The notes under the pieces were generated by a model. It had not been told where the DNA came from. It ran no database searches and saw nothing but the letters and a program-made list of their open reading frames with translations. The translations under genes were made by a program, and so were the position numbers. From positions 124,001 through 188,000 of IMG/VR virus record IMGVR_UViG_3300032046_000001: a DNA stretch of 64,000 nt. The stretch is one strand, 5' to 3'. Shown piece by piece: positions 29,954 through 39,668 of this stretch. Position 1 is the stretch's first letter; each line of letters starts with the position of its first letter.

Positions 29954-30487
29954 ATGATAAAAGATAATAATAATGAAATTTGGAAAACTATAGAAAATTT
30001 TTCAGATTATCAAGTCAGTAGTTTTGGTAGAGTAAAATCACTGAAGTTTAAAAAAGAAAAAATATTAAAATTAGGTAAAACTAAAAAAGGTTATTTTATA
30101 GTGGTTCTATGTAAAAATGGAATATATAAAACTAAAAATGTTCATGTATTGATTTATGAAACTTTCTACAATAATAAATTAAAATTAAATGAGTGTGTTC
30201 ATCATAAAGATGAGAATAAAGAAAATAATTATTATGAGAATTTAGAAAAAATAAGTGTATCAAAACATAGTAGCTTCCACAATAAAGAAAAAAGAAATCA
30301 TTTTTATAGAATAAAAAATTATGGAGAAAAAAACTCACATCATAAATTAACAGAAGAACAGGTAATTCAAATTAAATTATTATTGAAAGAAGGAAAATTG
30401 ACTCAACAAGAAATTGCCAATATATTCGGAATTTGTAGATCAACGATATCATTAATAAAAAATAGAAAAATTTGGAATTGTAATTAA
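29954..30487 (+). mobile_element. NUMOD4-HNH homing endonuclease with C-terminal HTH
   Basis: IWKTIENFSDYQVSSFGRVKS, VHHKDENKENN, KLTEEQVIQIKLLL. Confidence 0.88.
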
Positions 30488-30494
30488 ATAATAT

Positions 30495-30530
30495 AATGGG
30501 ATAAAGATAATTAATTATCTTTATCCCATT
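30495..30530. repeat. Perfect 36-bp palindrome
   Basis: AATGGGATAAAGATAATTAATTATCTTTATCCCATT is its own reverse complement. Confidence 0.85.
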
Positions 30531-30548
30531 TACTTTCAGGAATCTAAA

Positions 30549-30950
30549 ATGGACGAAATAGATATTGAAAATAAAAAGAATAAACAAAAAATAAAAAATA
30601 ACAAAAGAAGAGATAAGAATAGAAATTATGTGTTAGAATATTTAAGTGGGCATCCATGTGTTGATTGTGGTGAAACAGATCCAGTTGTTTTAGAATTTGA
30701 TCATGTGAGAGACAAAGATAAAAAGATATCAGATTTAATAAATTACTCCCATAACAGATTAAAAGAAGAAATTTTAAAATGTGAAGTACGATGTAGTAAT
30801 TGTCACAAACGAAAAACATCAAAAGAACAAAATTGGTACAAAGAGAGGTATGAAAAGAATAATGAAAAAATTGACAGTGGGAATACTGAACAAGGATCGG
30901 GGAATAGAAATTTGTTTACTATTACAATCTCTATTGAATCAGACTTATGA
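30549..30950 (+). CDS. Zinc-binding HNH endonuclease
   Basis: PCVDCGETDPVVLEFDHV...CEVRCSNCHKRKT. Confidence 0.8.
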   Translation: MDEIDIENKKNKQKIKNNKRRDKNRNYVLEYLSGHPCVDCGETDPVVLEFDHVRDKDKKISDLINYSHNRLKEEILKCEVRCSNCHKRKTSKEQNWYKERYEKNNEKIDSGNTEQGSGNRNLFTITISIESDL

Positions 30951-33072
30951 TGATTTTGATATTATCATATATGATGATAATTCAAATGATTTTTTACAGA
31001 GTAATTCTACATTTTTATCTCTTAAAAAATTACATGAAGGTTTGAACCATAATATTGAAATTATAAAAGGAGTCAATAGAGGTCCACAATTTGGTGGACA
31101 AAAAATATTTGAAAATTCAAAAACTGAATTTATTTTACGTTTAGATGATGACGTTACTCTCCAACCAGAGTGTATTGAAAATTTAATAAATTGTTTTAAT
31201 GATAACGTTGTTGCCGTTGGTCCTATTTATATCCTACCTTTTATTCCTATATCAGATCAAATCATAGATCTTGAAAAAATACCAGATTATGTTGGAACTT
31301 TGTTTGGAATTGATAGTGGTGTATATGTAAACGGTATCTTACAAATGAACGTACATTTAAACGCTGATTTAATTAAAAAATATCAAATTCAACATCTTCA
31401 TTCTGGTTTCATGTATAAGAAATCTGCACTTGAAAAAATAGGTGGTTATTTTCTTGGTTACTCAAAAGTAGGTCATAGAGAAGAAACAGATACGAGTTAT
31501 CGATTATTTTTAGATGGTGGAAAATTAAAAATCGCTCAAAATGCAGTTTGTTTTCACTTCCATCCTTCTACTGGTGGTATTCGAACAGATGGTGGAAAAC
31601 CAAATGATCCAATATTATGGGAACAGGATGAAAAAATTTTTATTGAACGATTTAAGAATAATTTTAAAAATGAAGTTATAATAGTTCCAATTCAGAAAGC
31701 CGATGAAGTAAATAAGAATATGCGTGTTTATCCAGCAAATGTTCTCGAAAAAGCTGTTAAAAATCCAATATCATTTGAAAAAAAATTAGTTAATGATCTT
31801 GCTGATATTGCAGCTAAACAAGTGGATGATGAAATAATGAATTCATATCAACCTAAAATTCATCTTGTGACCGTAACTCATGGTAATCATGAAAAATTAG
31901 AAAAATTAATTGAAAGTTTGTATAAATATACAACTACTGAATTTTCATGGACTATAGTTAATAATGATATTTCAGATGAATCATATTCAAGTTTGCTTGA
32001 ATTATTAGAACATCATCAAATGAATATTGCTCATATTCAAGTTGATAAAGAACTCTCTGTAAGTGAAGCCAGAAATCAAGGTGCTAAACTCAGACCAGAA
32101 GATACTGAATATATCTGTTTTATTGATGATGACGCTCTCGTACTTGGTAAATGGTCTGAAAAAGATTGGTTAAGAATGTTGTATGAACTCTTTATAAGTG
32201 AAACAGATATGGGAGTAGTTAGTCCAATATATACTTGGTTCGAACCGTTCCAGTCCTATGTAGCTTCAGTCGCTTGTTTATTTACATCGACTAAAGTTTG
32301 GGAACAGGTTGGCGGTTTTGATCCGATATTTGGAAATAAAGAGAAAGAATGTTGGGGATATGAGGACAACGACTGGTCTTATCGGGTTCAATCACTGGGT
32401 TATAAATTGAAGAGAATTAATGATGAGGGATTTCCATTTTATCATTGTGATACTACATTCAAACAGAAAGCTGAATGGCAAGAAAAAGGTTTGGTTAAAG
32501 CAAAAGAACTTTTATTATCAAAATATAATATAGAAGACATTAACAAATTTAGGAGAGTAGAATATCCATTTACTGATAATCAAATGAATTGTTTTGGTAA
32601 AAAATTAAATGTGGGTTGTTATCACATGAAACTTGATGGTTTTATTAATATTGATATTAATCCTGAATGTGAACCAGATATATTAAAAGATATTCGAGAA
32701 TTAGAATTTGATAATGAATCTATTGATTTAATATTAGCATCTCAAGTAATAGAGCATTTTGATTTGATAGATGTTAAATTTATATTATCAAAATTTTATA
32801 GATGGTTGAAAAAAGGTGGACAATTTATTGTAGAAGTTCCAGATGTTGGTTGTATACTTGATAAAGTTGAAAAGAATGAATGGAAAATAGAAGATTATTA
32901 TGGTGCGATCTATGGTAATAAAGAAATTATGGGGCAAAGTCATAAAAGTCAATTCGATATTATACTTCTAATAAACATGTTGAAAGAAGCTGGTTTTAAT
33001 AATACTATTAGAAATTTTAATACTTCAGATAATGACGAGATATCGCTTAGATATGATTGTATAAAGGAATAG
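30850..33072 (+). CDS. Multidomain protein: GT2 + GT2 + class I methyltransferase-like domain
   Basis: ILRLDDD...HREETD; ICFIDDD...WGYEDND; KLNVGC..LDGFINID..SQVIEH..LKKGG..VEVPD. Start 30850 or 30862 (track 30781). Confidence 0.8.
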   Translation: MKRIMKKLTVGILNKDRGIEICLLLQSLLNQTYDDFDIIIYDDNSNDFLQSNSTFLSLKKLHEGLNHNIEIIKGVNRGPQFGGQKIFENSKTEFILRLDDDVTLQPECIENLINCFNDNVVAVGPIYILPFIPISDQIIDLEKIPDYVGTLFGIDSGVYVNGILQMNVHLNADLIKKYQIQHLHSGFMYKKSALEKIGGYFLGYSKVGHREETDTSYRLFLDGGKLKIAQNAVCFHFHPSTGGIRTDGGKPNDPILWEQDEKIFIERFKNNFKNEVIIVPIQKADEVNKNMRVYPANVLEKAVKNPISFEKKLVNDLADIAAKQVDDEIMNSYQPKIHLVTVTHGNHEKLEKLIESLYKYTTTEFSWTIVNNDISDESYSSLLELLEHHQMNIAHIQVDKELSVSEARNQGAKLRPEDTEYICFIDDDALVLGKWSEKDWLRMLYELFISETDMGVVSPIYTWFEPFQSYVASVACLFTSTKVWEQVGGFDPIFGNKEKECWGYEDNDWSYRVQSLGYKLKRINDEGFPFYHCDTTFKQKAEWQEKGLVKAKELLLSKYNIEDINKFRRVEYPFTDNQMNCFGKKLNVGCYHMKLDGFINIDINPECEPDILKDIRELEFDNESIDLILASQVIEHFDLIDVKFILSKFYRWLKKGGQFIVEVPDVGCILDKVEKNEWKIEDYYGAIYGNKEIMGQSHKSQFDIILLINMLKEAGFNNTIRNFNTSDNDEISLRYDCIKE

Positions 33073-33075
33073 AAA

Positions 33076-33687
33076 GTGAATGATTTTTATATTTATATTT
33101 ATTTAGATCCAAGAAAACTTGGAAGATATTGTTATGAAAATATCTGTTTTTTATATAGTCCGCTTTATGTTGGAAAAGGAAAAGATAGAAGATGGAAAAA
33201 CATTAATGGAAGAAATCCACATTTTGAAAATAAAATAAATAAAATTAAAAAATTGGGATTAGAACCAATTGTTATAAAATTATTTGAAAATTTAAGTGAG
33301 AAAGAGTCTTTAGATAAAGAAATTGAATTAATAAAAGAAATAGGAAGATTTGATTTAAAAACTGGACCTATTGTTAATGAAACTATTGGCGGTGAAGGAA
33401 AAAGTGGAAATATTGTTTTAGAAGAAACAAGAAAAAAAATGAGTGAAAAAAAGAAAGGAATATCTAGATCGATAGAAACAAGAAATAAAATTAAAGAAAA
33501 TCATGCTAATTTTAAAGGAGAAAATAATTCAACTTCAAAATTAATAGAACAAGACGTTATCGAAATAAAAATGTTACTTATAGAAAAAAATTTCACACAA
33601 ACACAAATCGCTATTATTTTTGGAGTTAATCGAGCAGCAATTTCAAAAATAAAAACAGGTAGAACGTGGAATCATATAAAAATTTGA
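33076..33687 (+). mobile_element. GIY-YIG homing endonuclease with C-terminal HTH
   Basis: FYIYIYLDPRK...PLYVGKGKDRR, NETIGGEG, KLIEQDVIEIKMLL..TQTQIA. Confidence 0.85.
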
Positions 33688-33700
33688 AAAAGGAATAAAA

Positions 33701-33997
33701 ATGAATACAGAATTAATTAGAGAAATAAAAGAAAATGTTTATAAGATACTGGAATTATTTATTGGTACAGAATTAGTAGTAGGTGATTCATTAGATAATT
33801 ATTATATGACTTATAGAAAAGCCATCATGGATGAACTCTATAAATACAAAAATGAATTTAGTGAAACAACAAATGACGACTATATTGATTTTAAATATAA
33901 AATTGATTTTACTGTTGGTAAAAATAGAATTATAGAAGATATAACAGTAGTGTTTCAAGCACCGGAATGTATTGCTGATTATGAGGAGATTGAATAG
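33701..33997 (+). CDS. Hypothetical protein
   Basis: 98 aa, SD AAGGA. Confidence 0.6.
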   Translation: MNTELIREIKENVYKILELFIGTELVVGDSLDNYYMTYRKAIMDELYKYKNEFSETTNDDYIDFKYKIDFTVGKNRIIEDITVVFQAPECIADYEEIE

Positions 33998-34497
33998 TGA
34001 GTTTTGATGAAATCGTTGATAGAGTTGTAAAAACATTTGATATAAGACCACGAACCAGGGTTTTTCTTGGAGGAACTTGTGGTAATTCAACTTGGAGAAA
34101 TGAAATTATTCCAAAGTTACAAGTTGATTATTTTAATCCAGTTGTAGAAGACTGGACGCTTGAATGTCAAAAACAAGAAGAAGAAGAAAAAAAAATATGC
34201 AGTATTCATCTTTATATTATCACTAAAGAAATTACAGGCTATTATTCAATAGCCGAAATAGTTGATGCATCGAATAAATTTACTAACTGTGATTATGAAT
34301 CAAAATATCCATATAAAACAATTATATATTGTTTTCTTCCAGAAGGTATGACAAAACATCAAATTAAATCATTAGAATTAATTGGTGAAATGGTTGGAGG
34401 TAATGGAGCGATTTGGTTAAAAAATTTAGACGAGGTTGTTGATTATATCAATATATTTACCAATGGAGAATTTTATGAAAGGGATGATATATATTGA
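33997..34497 (+). CDS. Nucleoside 2-deoxyribosyltransferase-like protein
   Basis: VFLGGTCGNSTWR..YFNPVVEDW...YSIAEIVD pattern. Confidence 0.65.
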   Translation: MSFDEIVDRVVKTFDIRPRTRVFLGGTCGNSTWRNEIIPKLQVDYFNPVVEDWTLECQKQEEEEKKICSIHLYIITKEITGYYSIAEIVDASNKFTNCDYESKYPYKTIIYCFLPEGMTKHQIKSLELIGEMVGGNGAIWLKNLDEVVDYINIFTNGEFYERDDIY

Positions 34498-35558
34498 AAA
34501 TAATTTTTTTTAGTTCAAGAATGTCATTTGAAGCTGATAGTTTAGAAACAAGAGGACTCGGTGGTTCTGAGAGTGCAATGTTAAATATGGCATTTGCGCT
34601 TAAAATGACTTGTCCTACAGATGAAATTATAGTTTATAATAATAATTCTGGAAAATATAAAGAATATAAAGAAGTCATATTCAAAACAATAACTGATTTT
34701 TATAATGATGTTAAAAATTTCGATGCCGATGTTCTTATTTCAATTCGCCAACCAGAAATATTTTATACGATTCCATATATCGATTCAAAATTAAAAATTT
34801 TGTGGAGTCAAGATATTTGTAATGAAACTGAATTAGAAAATTTACAAAAAAATAAATATGGTATTAAAAATATTGATATCATACTTGCTAATAGTAGATT
34901 CTCACATGATAATATAAAAGAAAATTTTCCAGATTCTCATATTAGAATTTTGAGAAATGGATATAATTCTGAATGGTCGTCAGATACTAAGAAAGAAAAT
35001 ATTGCAGTATATACAAGTACTCCATTTAGGGGTTTGAATTTACTTGCTGATTACTGGGTAGAAATATATCAAAAATGTAGAAAATATTATGATATTAATC
35101 CAAAATTAAAAATATTTGGTGGAATGGATCTTTATAATCAATCCAATCATTATTTTAAAGATCTTTATGATAAATTATCTAATCTACCAAATGTAGAAGT
35201 TTTTGGAAGTGTATGTCAGAGAAGTTTATATTATCATTTAAACTCAGCTAAAGTAATGTTGTATCCATGTACTTATATAGAAACAAGTTGTATGAGCGTG
35301 TTAGAGGCTTTAGCCAATAAATTATGGATTATAACAACAAAGAGTGGTGCATTATCAGAACAAGTGATCGATGATAATAATGGCAACCTAATAGAATATA
35401 GTGAACTTAATAATTCAAATAAATATCGAGAATTATTTATTCAATCTGCAATAGATTCATTTAGAAATAGTGAAAAAATACAAGAAATACCATATACCGT
35501 ATCCTCATGGGATAAACAGTCTAAATTATTGAAATGTTTAATAAGAGAGAAATTATGA
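34494..35558 (+). CDS. Glycosyltransferase family 4 (GT-B)
   Basis: GLGGSESA, YTSTPFRGL, YPCTYIETSCMSVLEA, SGALSE. Confidence 0.85.
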   Translation: MKIIFFSSRMSFEADSLETRGLGGSESAMLNMAFALKMTCPTDEIIVYNNNSGKYKEYKEVIFKTITDFYNDVKNFDADVLISIRQPEIFYTIPYIDSKLKILWSQDICNETELENLQKNKYGIKNIDIILANSRFSHDNIKENFPDSHIRILRNGYNSEWSSDTKKENIAVYTSTPFRGLNLLADYWVEIYQKCRKYYDINPKLKIFGGMDLYNQSNHYFKDLYDKLSNLPNVEVFGSVCQRSLYYHLNSAKVMLYPCTYIETSCMSVLEALANKLWIITTKSGALSEQVIDDNNGNLIEYSELNNSNKYRELFIQSAIDSFRNSEKIQEIPYTVSSWDKQSKLLKCLIREKL

Positions 35559-35851
35559 AAGTATATAAAACAGTTCCAGTACCTGCGAGAACAAGAGAAG
35601 TAATAATGTCAAAAGTCTGTGATATTTGTAAAAAAATATATAGTGTTAATGATAAAGATTCATGGACTGATGAGAATTATGATATTTTAAATACTGAAAT
35701 TTATATGGAAGAAGGCAGAGATTATTATCATGAAGGTGGTAATAAAGAAATTACAGAAGTTGATATCTGTCCTGATTGTTTTAAAAATCATTTAATTCCG
35801 TGGTTAGAATCTATAGGAGCTATCATTAAAAAGACGGAAGTGGATTGGTAA
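35555..35851 (+). CDS. Hypothetical zinc-binding protein
   Basis: CDICK...DICPDCF; ATGA-coupled. Confidence 0.6.
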   Translation: MKVYKTVPVPARTREVIMSKVCDICKKIYSVNDKDSWTDENYDILNTEIYMEEGRDYYHEGGNKEITEVDICPDCFKNHLIPWLESIGAIIKKTEVDW

Positions 35852-36633
35852 TGAAGACACCATATATACTTGTTTCAATTCCATTTTATAATAAATCAGA
35901 TCTCACAATATCTTGTTTAGATAGTTTATTCAAATCATATATAAGCGGTTTTAATTGGCAAGTTATTCTTTGGGATGATGGTTCTTCTAAAGAAGAATTA
36001 AATAGATTAAAAAATTCTATAGATAGTCATGTTGGAATTATTTGTAATGAAAAAAATATCGGTTATACTCAAACTTGTATTAATGCAGTTAATTATGCCA
36101 AACATGAAAATTTTGATTATTTATTTTTATTAAATAATGATACTATATTATTTCCAGATGCCTTCACCAATCTTGTAAAACGAATATTAACAAACAATAA
36201 TATTGCAGCGGTTAGTGGTAAAGTTATCCACTGGAATGAAAATATAATTATTCATACAGGAACTCGAATTAAAAATAATAAAATATCAGATCCTTATTGT
36301 GGAATGGAAATAAATAACCCAATCACAAATCATGTTGAAAGAAGATTATGGATAAATGGTTGTTATTGTTTATATAATCTTGATATTTTAAGAAAAGAAA
36401 ATTTAAATTTTAATCCTGATTTTGGTCCGGCTTATTTTGAAGAGTCTGATTTAATGACTGAATTGAATATGAGGGGATATTCTGTTATATATGAACCAAA
36501 AGCAAGAGTGAGACATCTTGTTAATGGAACAACCAGAGATTATAATTTTGGAAAAATATTTGATGATAACTGGAATAAATATTTAAATAAATGGGAAAAG
36601 TACTTTAGTTCTAAAAATTTATATTTCCAATAA
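35851..36633 (+). CDS. Glycosyltransferase family 2
   Basis: WDDGS, NIGY, LLNNDT, YFEESDL. Confidence 0.85.
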   Translation: MKTPYILVSIPFYNKSDLTISCLDSLFKSYISGFNWQVILWDDGSSKEELNRLKNSIDSHVGIICNEKNIGYTQTCINAVNYAKHENFDYLFLLNNDTILFPDAFTNLVKRILTNNNIAAVSGKVIHWNENIIIHTGTRIKNNKISDPYCGMEINNPITNHVERRLWINGCYCLYNLDILRKENLNFNPDFGPAYFEESDLMTELNMRGYSVIYEPKARVRHLVNGTTRDYNFGKIFDDNWNKYLNKWEKYFSSKNLYFQ

Positions 36634-36642
36634 ATTGACAAA

Positions 36643-36684
36643 AAAAATATAACGGAGAGATAAAAGCTTCTCCGTTATATTTTT
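36643..36684. terminator. 16-bp hairpin between convergent genes
   Basis: AAAAATATAACGGAGA...TCTCCGTTATATTTTT, with A/T tails on both sides. Confidence 0.8.
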
Positions 36685-36689
36685 CATAT

Positions 36690-37061
36690 TTATTGAATTA
36701 ATGACTGAAGATTATTAATCTCTGCGGAACACAAATTGATCAACACATCCATAAATTCAGCCAATGTTTGTTGTGATATATTTTTACCACCTTGCTGAAC
36801 CAAAACAATTCCGGTAATCATTGGTGATCTTGATTTCATCACGATATCAATGATATCTATATGAAAAGTTTCACCACCCATGTCTCGATATCTATAGAAT
36901 TCGATTTCAGTTTGTGGAAGAATTACTACATTATTTTTAACAATATTAGAAATCAAGGCAAGAAAAACCAGTGGTGATAATGTTTCAATATTAAAATAGA
37001 ATGTGGATGTGCGATAATTGATAGTACAAAAATTTTTCATGTGGTTCCTCCAATCAGGCAA
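36690..37061 (-). CDS. Hypothetical protein
   Basis: 123-aa ORF. Confidence 0.6.
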   Translation of the reverse strand: MPDWRNHMKNFCTINYRTSTFYFNIETLSPLVFLALISNIVKNNVVILPQTEIEFYRYRDMGGETFHIDIIDIVMKSRSPMITGIVLVQQGGKNISQQTLAEFMDVLINLCSAEINNLQSLIQ

Positions 37062-37422
37062 TAGTGTTCAACATATCGTAAAGATCACGGGTCGCATCCT
37101 GAATCAGATCATCCATATAAGCATGAAGAGGTGATGTTGAGGTTTTTTCACCATTTTCAATCTTACAAACTATACCAGAGTACTTCAGACTTCCAGGTTT
37201 TGGTTCTCCAATGTAACCAACACCCATTATATCAATACATTCGATGATCCCACCACTTGCTTGGTGTGCTTGATGTTGACGAAAACAATTACACCTATTA
37301 TCAGTGATTTTAATCTCATCGTCAATGATACCAATGATGAGATTAAGAAGATCCAGTTGTGAATAAGCAATCACAGCACAAACAACAGTTTTGAAACTGA
37401 TCAACGCATAGATTTTTTTCAT
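37054..37422 (-). CDS. Hypothetical protein
   Basis: 122 aa, SD AAGGAG. Confidence 0.65.
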   Translation of the reverse strand: MKKIYALISFKTVVCAVIAYSQLDLLNLIIGIIDDEIKITDNRCNCFRQHQAHQASGGIIECIDIMGVGYIGEPKPGSLKYSGIVCKIENGEKTSTSPLHAYMDDLIQDATRDLYDMLNTIA

Positions 37423-37480
37423 GATGCGGATCTCCTTATAAAAATGTGAAAGATTGAAAAAATATATTTAAATAATCACC

Positions 37481-37494
37481 TATTAATATATATA
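37481..37494 (-). promoter_or_regulatory. TATATATATTAATA motif (minus strand)
   Basis: Exact copy upstream of the 37422 start. Confidence 0.5.
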
Positions 37495-37510
37495 ACTCGA
37501 AAGGAAAATA

Positions 37511-38593
37511 ATGAATAATTTAATCGAAAAAATGATCGAGAATGATAAAAAGAGAATTCAATATACAGAAGATTTATCAAAAAAATTAGATGACGTAAAA
37601 GACAATTTAACAACCATAGATGAAGTAATGGGAAAACCTAAACCATCAGATGATCATGTTGTTATTATTCAAGATGGTGGTATTGGTGATTGTATTTGTG
37701 CAACACCAATGTTAGAATCAGCAAGAAAAATATTTAAAGACAAAAAAATAATTTTTTCAAGTTTTTATCCAGAAATTTTTTTCAATAATCCAAATATTGA
37801 TAAATTATATAGTGCTCGTTCACCAGAAGATATATATGAAACTTGGGTAAAACCTCTGAGGGATTTCAGAAGTATTATTAAATGTGACATGTATAATTTA
37901 CCAATCTACAGATTATTTCCCGGTAAATTAAGTCAGGCATTTTGTTATGCATATAAACTTCCATATCCGGGTGATAATATCAAGGTTTATATAACTAAAG
38001 AAGAAGATCAAGAAGCTCAAAAATTTCTTTCATCATTTCCAAGACCAGTTATATTAATACAACCTTATGGCGGTAGAATGAATTTTAATGAGAGAGATAT
38101 TTTGACTGATAATAAGAATTGGTTTAAAGAGGAATGGGAAGAATTAGTAAAAGGACTCAATGAAACATTTGATACAGTTCAAGTTGGAGGAATTAAGGAA
38201 GAACCAATTAAAGGTATAACAACGTATTTAATAGGTATTACTAATATTAGACAAACTATGGCATTAGTTAAAAACTCATTAACTTTTGTTACAGTTGATA
38301 GTTTCTTAAATCATGTTGGACCTGCGGTTGATAAGTCTGGTGTTGTTTTATTTGGTAGGAGTAATCCATACATTTATGGTCACGATTTAAATAAAAATAT
38401 CTGGATTGAAGATTCATGTGATAATATTGGATGTGGACGACCTGAATCATATTATGGTGATATAAGAATGTTTAAAGGGATAATTGGAAATTGGGAATGT
38501 CCGAATAAGAAATGTATGAAAGCCATAACTCCTGAGATGGTAGTTAGGAAAGTATATGAAGCTGTTGAAATAAATACAAGAGAAAAAAAATAA
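37511..38593 (+). CDS. Glycosyltransferase family 9 (heptosyltransferase-like)
   Basis: GGIGDCIC..P, LIQPYGG, K.W..E.W..L, VTVDSFLNH, VVLFG. Confidence 0.8.
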   Translation: MNNLIEKMIENDKKRIQYTEDLSKKLDDVKDNLTTIDEVMGKPKPSDDHVVIIQDGGIGDCICATPMLESARKIFKDKKIIFSSFYPEIFFNNPNIDKLYSARSPEDIYETWVKPLRDFRSIIKCDMYNLPIYRLFPGKLSQAFCYAYKLPYPGDNIKVYITKEEDQEAQKFLSSFPRPVILIQPYGGRMNFNERDILTDNKNWFKEEWEELVKGLNETFDTVQVGGIKEEPIKGITTYLIGITNIRQTMALVKNSLTFVTVDSFLNHVGPAVDKSGVVLFGRSNPYIYGHDLNKNIWIEDSCDNIGCGRPESYYGDIRMFKGIIGNWECPNKKCMKAITPEMVVRKVYEAVEINTREKK

Positions 38594-38605
38594 AAAATAA
38601 ATTTG

Positions 38606-38640
38606 TGGAAGACTGATTGAGAAATCAAATCAGTCTTCCA
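38606..38640. terminator. GAAA-loop hairpin between convergent genes
   Basis: TGGAAGACTGATT-GA-GAAA-TC-A-AATCAGTCTTCCA. Confidence 0.75.
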
Positions 38641-38681
38641 TTGTTAATTATAAACTGGTTCATATAAAAAACATTGATATA

Positions 38682-38846
38682 CTACTGGACGTTGGTTTCG
38701 ATGATCCGCAAATCTCTACTTTTCAGGTGCCGCAGGGAAGCCACAGCATCATCATACTCTTCAGCGGATTTACGAATTACTTGTATGTTCCCATATCCGT
38801 CCTCATACTTGATATACCAATTTACACAATTTTCAGATGTTGACAT
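38682..38846 (-). CDS. 54-aa hypothetical protein (not in ORF track)
   Basis: SD AAGGAG, ATG 38846, MSTSENCVNWYIKYEDGYG...ETNVQ, TAG at 38684-82. Confidence 0.6.
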   Translation of the reverse strand: MSTSENCVNWYIKYEDGYGNIQVIRKSAEEYDDAVASLRHLKSRDLRIIETNVQ

Positions 38847-38906
38847 GATTTATTCTCCTTGTGAAAATAATTAAAATTTGACCAAAAACCCATTACAAAT
38901 ATCACA

Positions 38907-38920
38907 TATTAATATATATA
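38907..38920 (-). promoter_or_regulatory. TATATATATTAATA motif (minus strand)
   Basis: Exact copy; only a minus-strand start (38846) lies nearby, which fixes the orientation. Confidence 0.5.
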
Positions 38921-38927
38921 ATATGAT

Positions 38928-39659
38928 CTATTTATGTCCAACAACCTTATCATAATCTACCCGTTTTTGATAGATACAATCAAGTTCCTTGATCAGTATC
39001 TCTTTGATTATTTTCAAATCACCTAATCTTAAATAAACATCATCAAATTGGCCATCATTTAATAAATGGTCAATAGTTGAGTTTATAATAATAACTGGAT
39101 CTAAATTCTCAGGTTGAGACTGTGATATCGATCTCGATTTTGCTTCAGTGATATCACACATCATTAAAATCGCAGCCTCAAGACTTTGAGGTTTCATCAT
39201 CTTATATCTAAAAGTAGAACTATCAGTTGTTTGTGATTTATCAAAAAAATATTTAACAATTGTCGATCCATGATGTTGTGAGACAATATCGATAATATCA
39301 CGAGAAAAATTTCTATTGTTTAAGAGTATTAAAGCACCATCTGATACATGCCTTGTTATTATTTGATAACTAATAGTTGGTTCTAATGTATCATGAATAT
39401 TTTCACCTTCCGCTTGATTCTCACTGAAGTATTTTGGATTAAATAATTTTCCAATATCGTGATATAAAGCGCAAACTTTCATGAATATTGCGTGTAGTCC
39501 TAAACTAGATCCAACACTTTCAACCATTGTCATTACAGCTTGGGAATGTTTAAATGATCCAGGACAAGCCTCTTTAAACATAGTTAATAAACGATTTTGT
39601 GGATCTAATAATGAACTCAAATCAGATTCAGATTGTTGAATTTTCAAATATTTAAACAT
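38928..39659 (-). CDS. HD-domain phosphohydrolase resembling the cytoplasmic domain of PgpH/YqfF
   Basis: PGSFKHS, ALYHDIGKLFNPKYFSENQ, QIITRHV, VSQHHGSTIVKYFF, FRY...P.S.EAAILMMCD; no TM region. Confidence 0.8.
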   Translation of the reverse strand: MFKYLKIQQSESDLSSLLDPQNRLLTMFKEACPGSFKHSQAVMTMVESVGSSLGLHAIFMKVCALYHDIGKLFNPKYFSENQAEGENIHDTLEPTISYQIITRHVSDGALILLNNRNFSRDIIDIVSQHHGSTIVKYFFDKSQTTDSSTFRYKMMKPQSLEAAILMMCDITEAKSRSISQSQPENLDPVIIINSTIDHLLNDGQFDDVYLRLGDLKIIKEILIKELDCIYQKRVDYDKVVGHK

Positions 39660-39668
39660 ATAACCTTT

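Noticed and set aside
23942-38593. Eukaryotic giant virus origin (collagen, GTs, PolB)
   Set aside because: Portal, prohead protease, gp23-like capsid, SD sites, GroES and endolysin indicate a prokaryotic tailed phage.
38674-38874. Plus-strand 66-aa ORF from the track
   Set aside because: Overlaps a minus-strand 54-aa ORF that has a clear AAGGAG SD and upstream motif; treated as a shadow.
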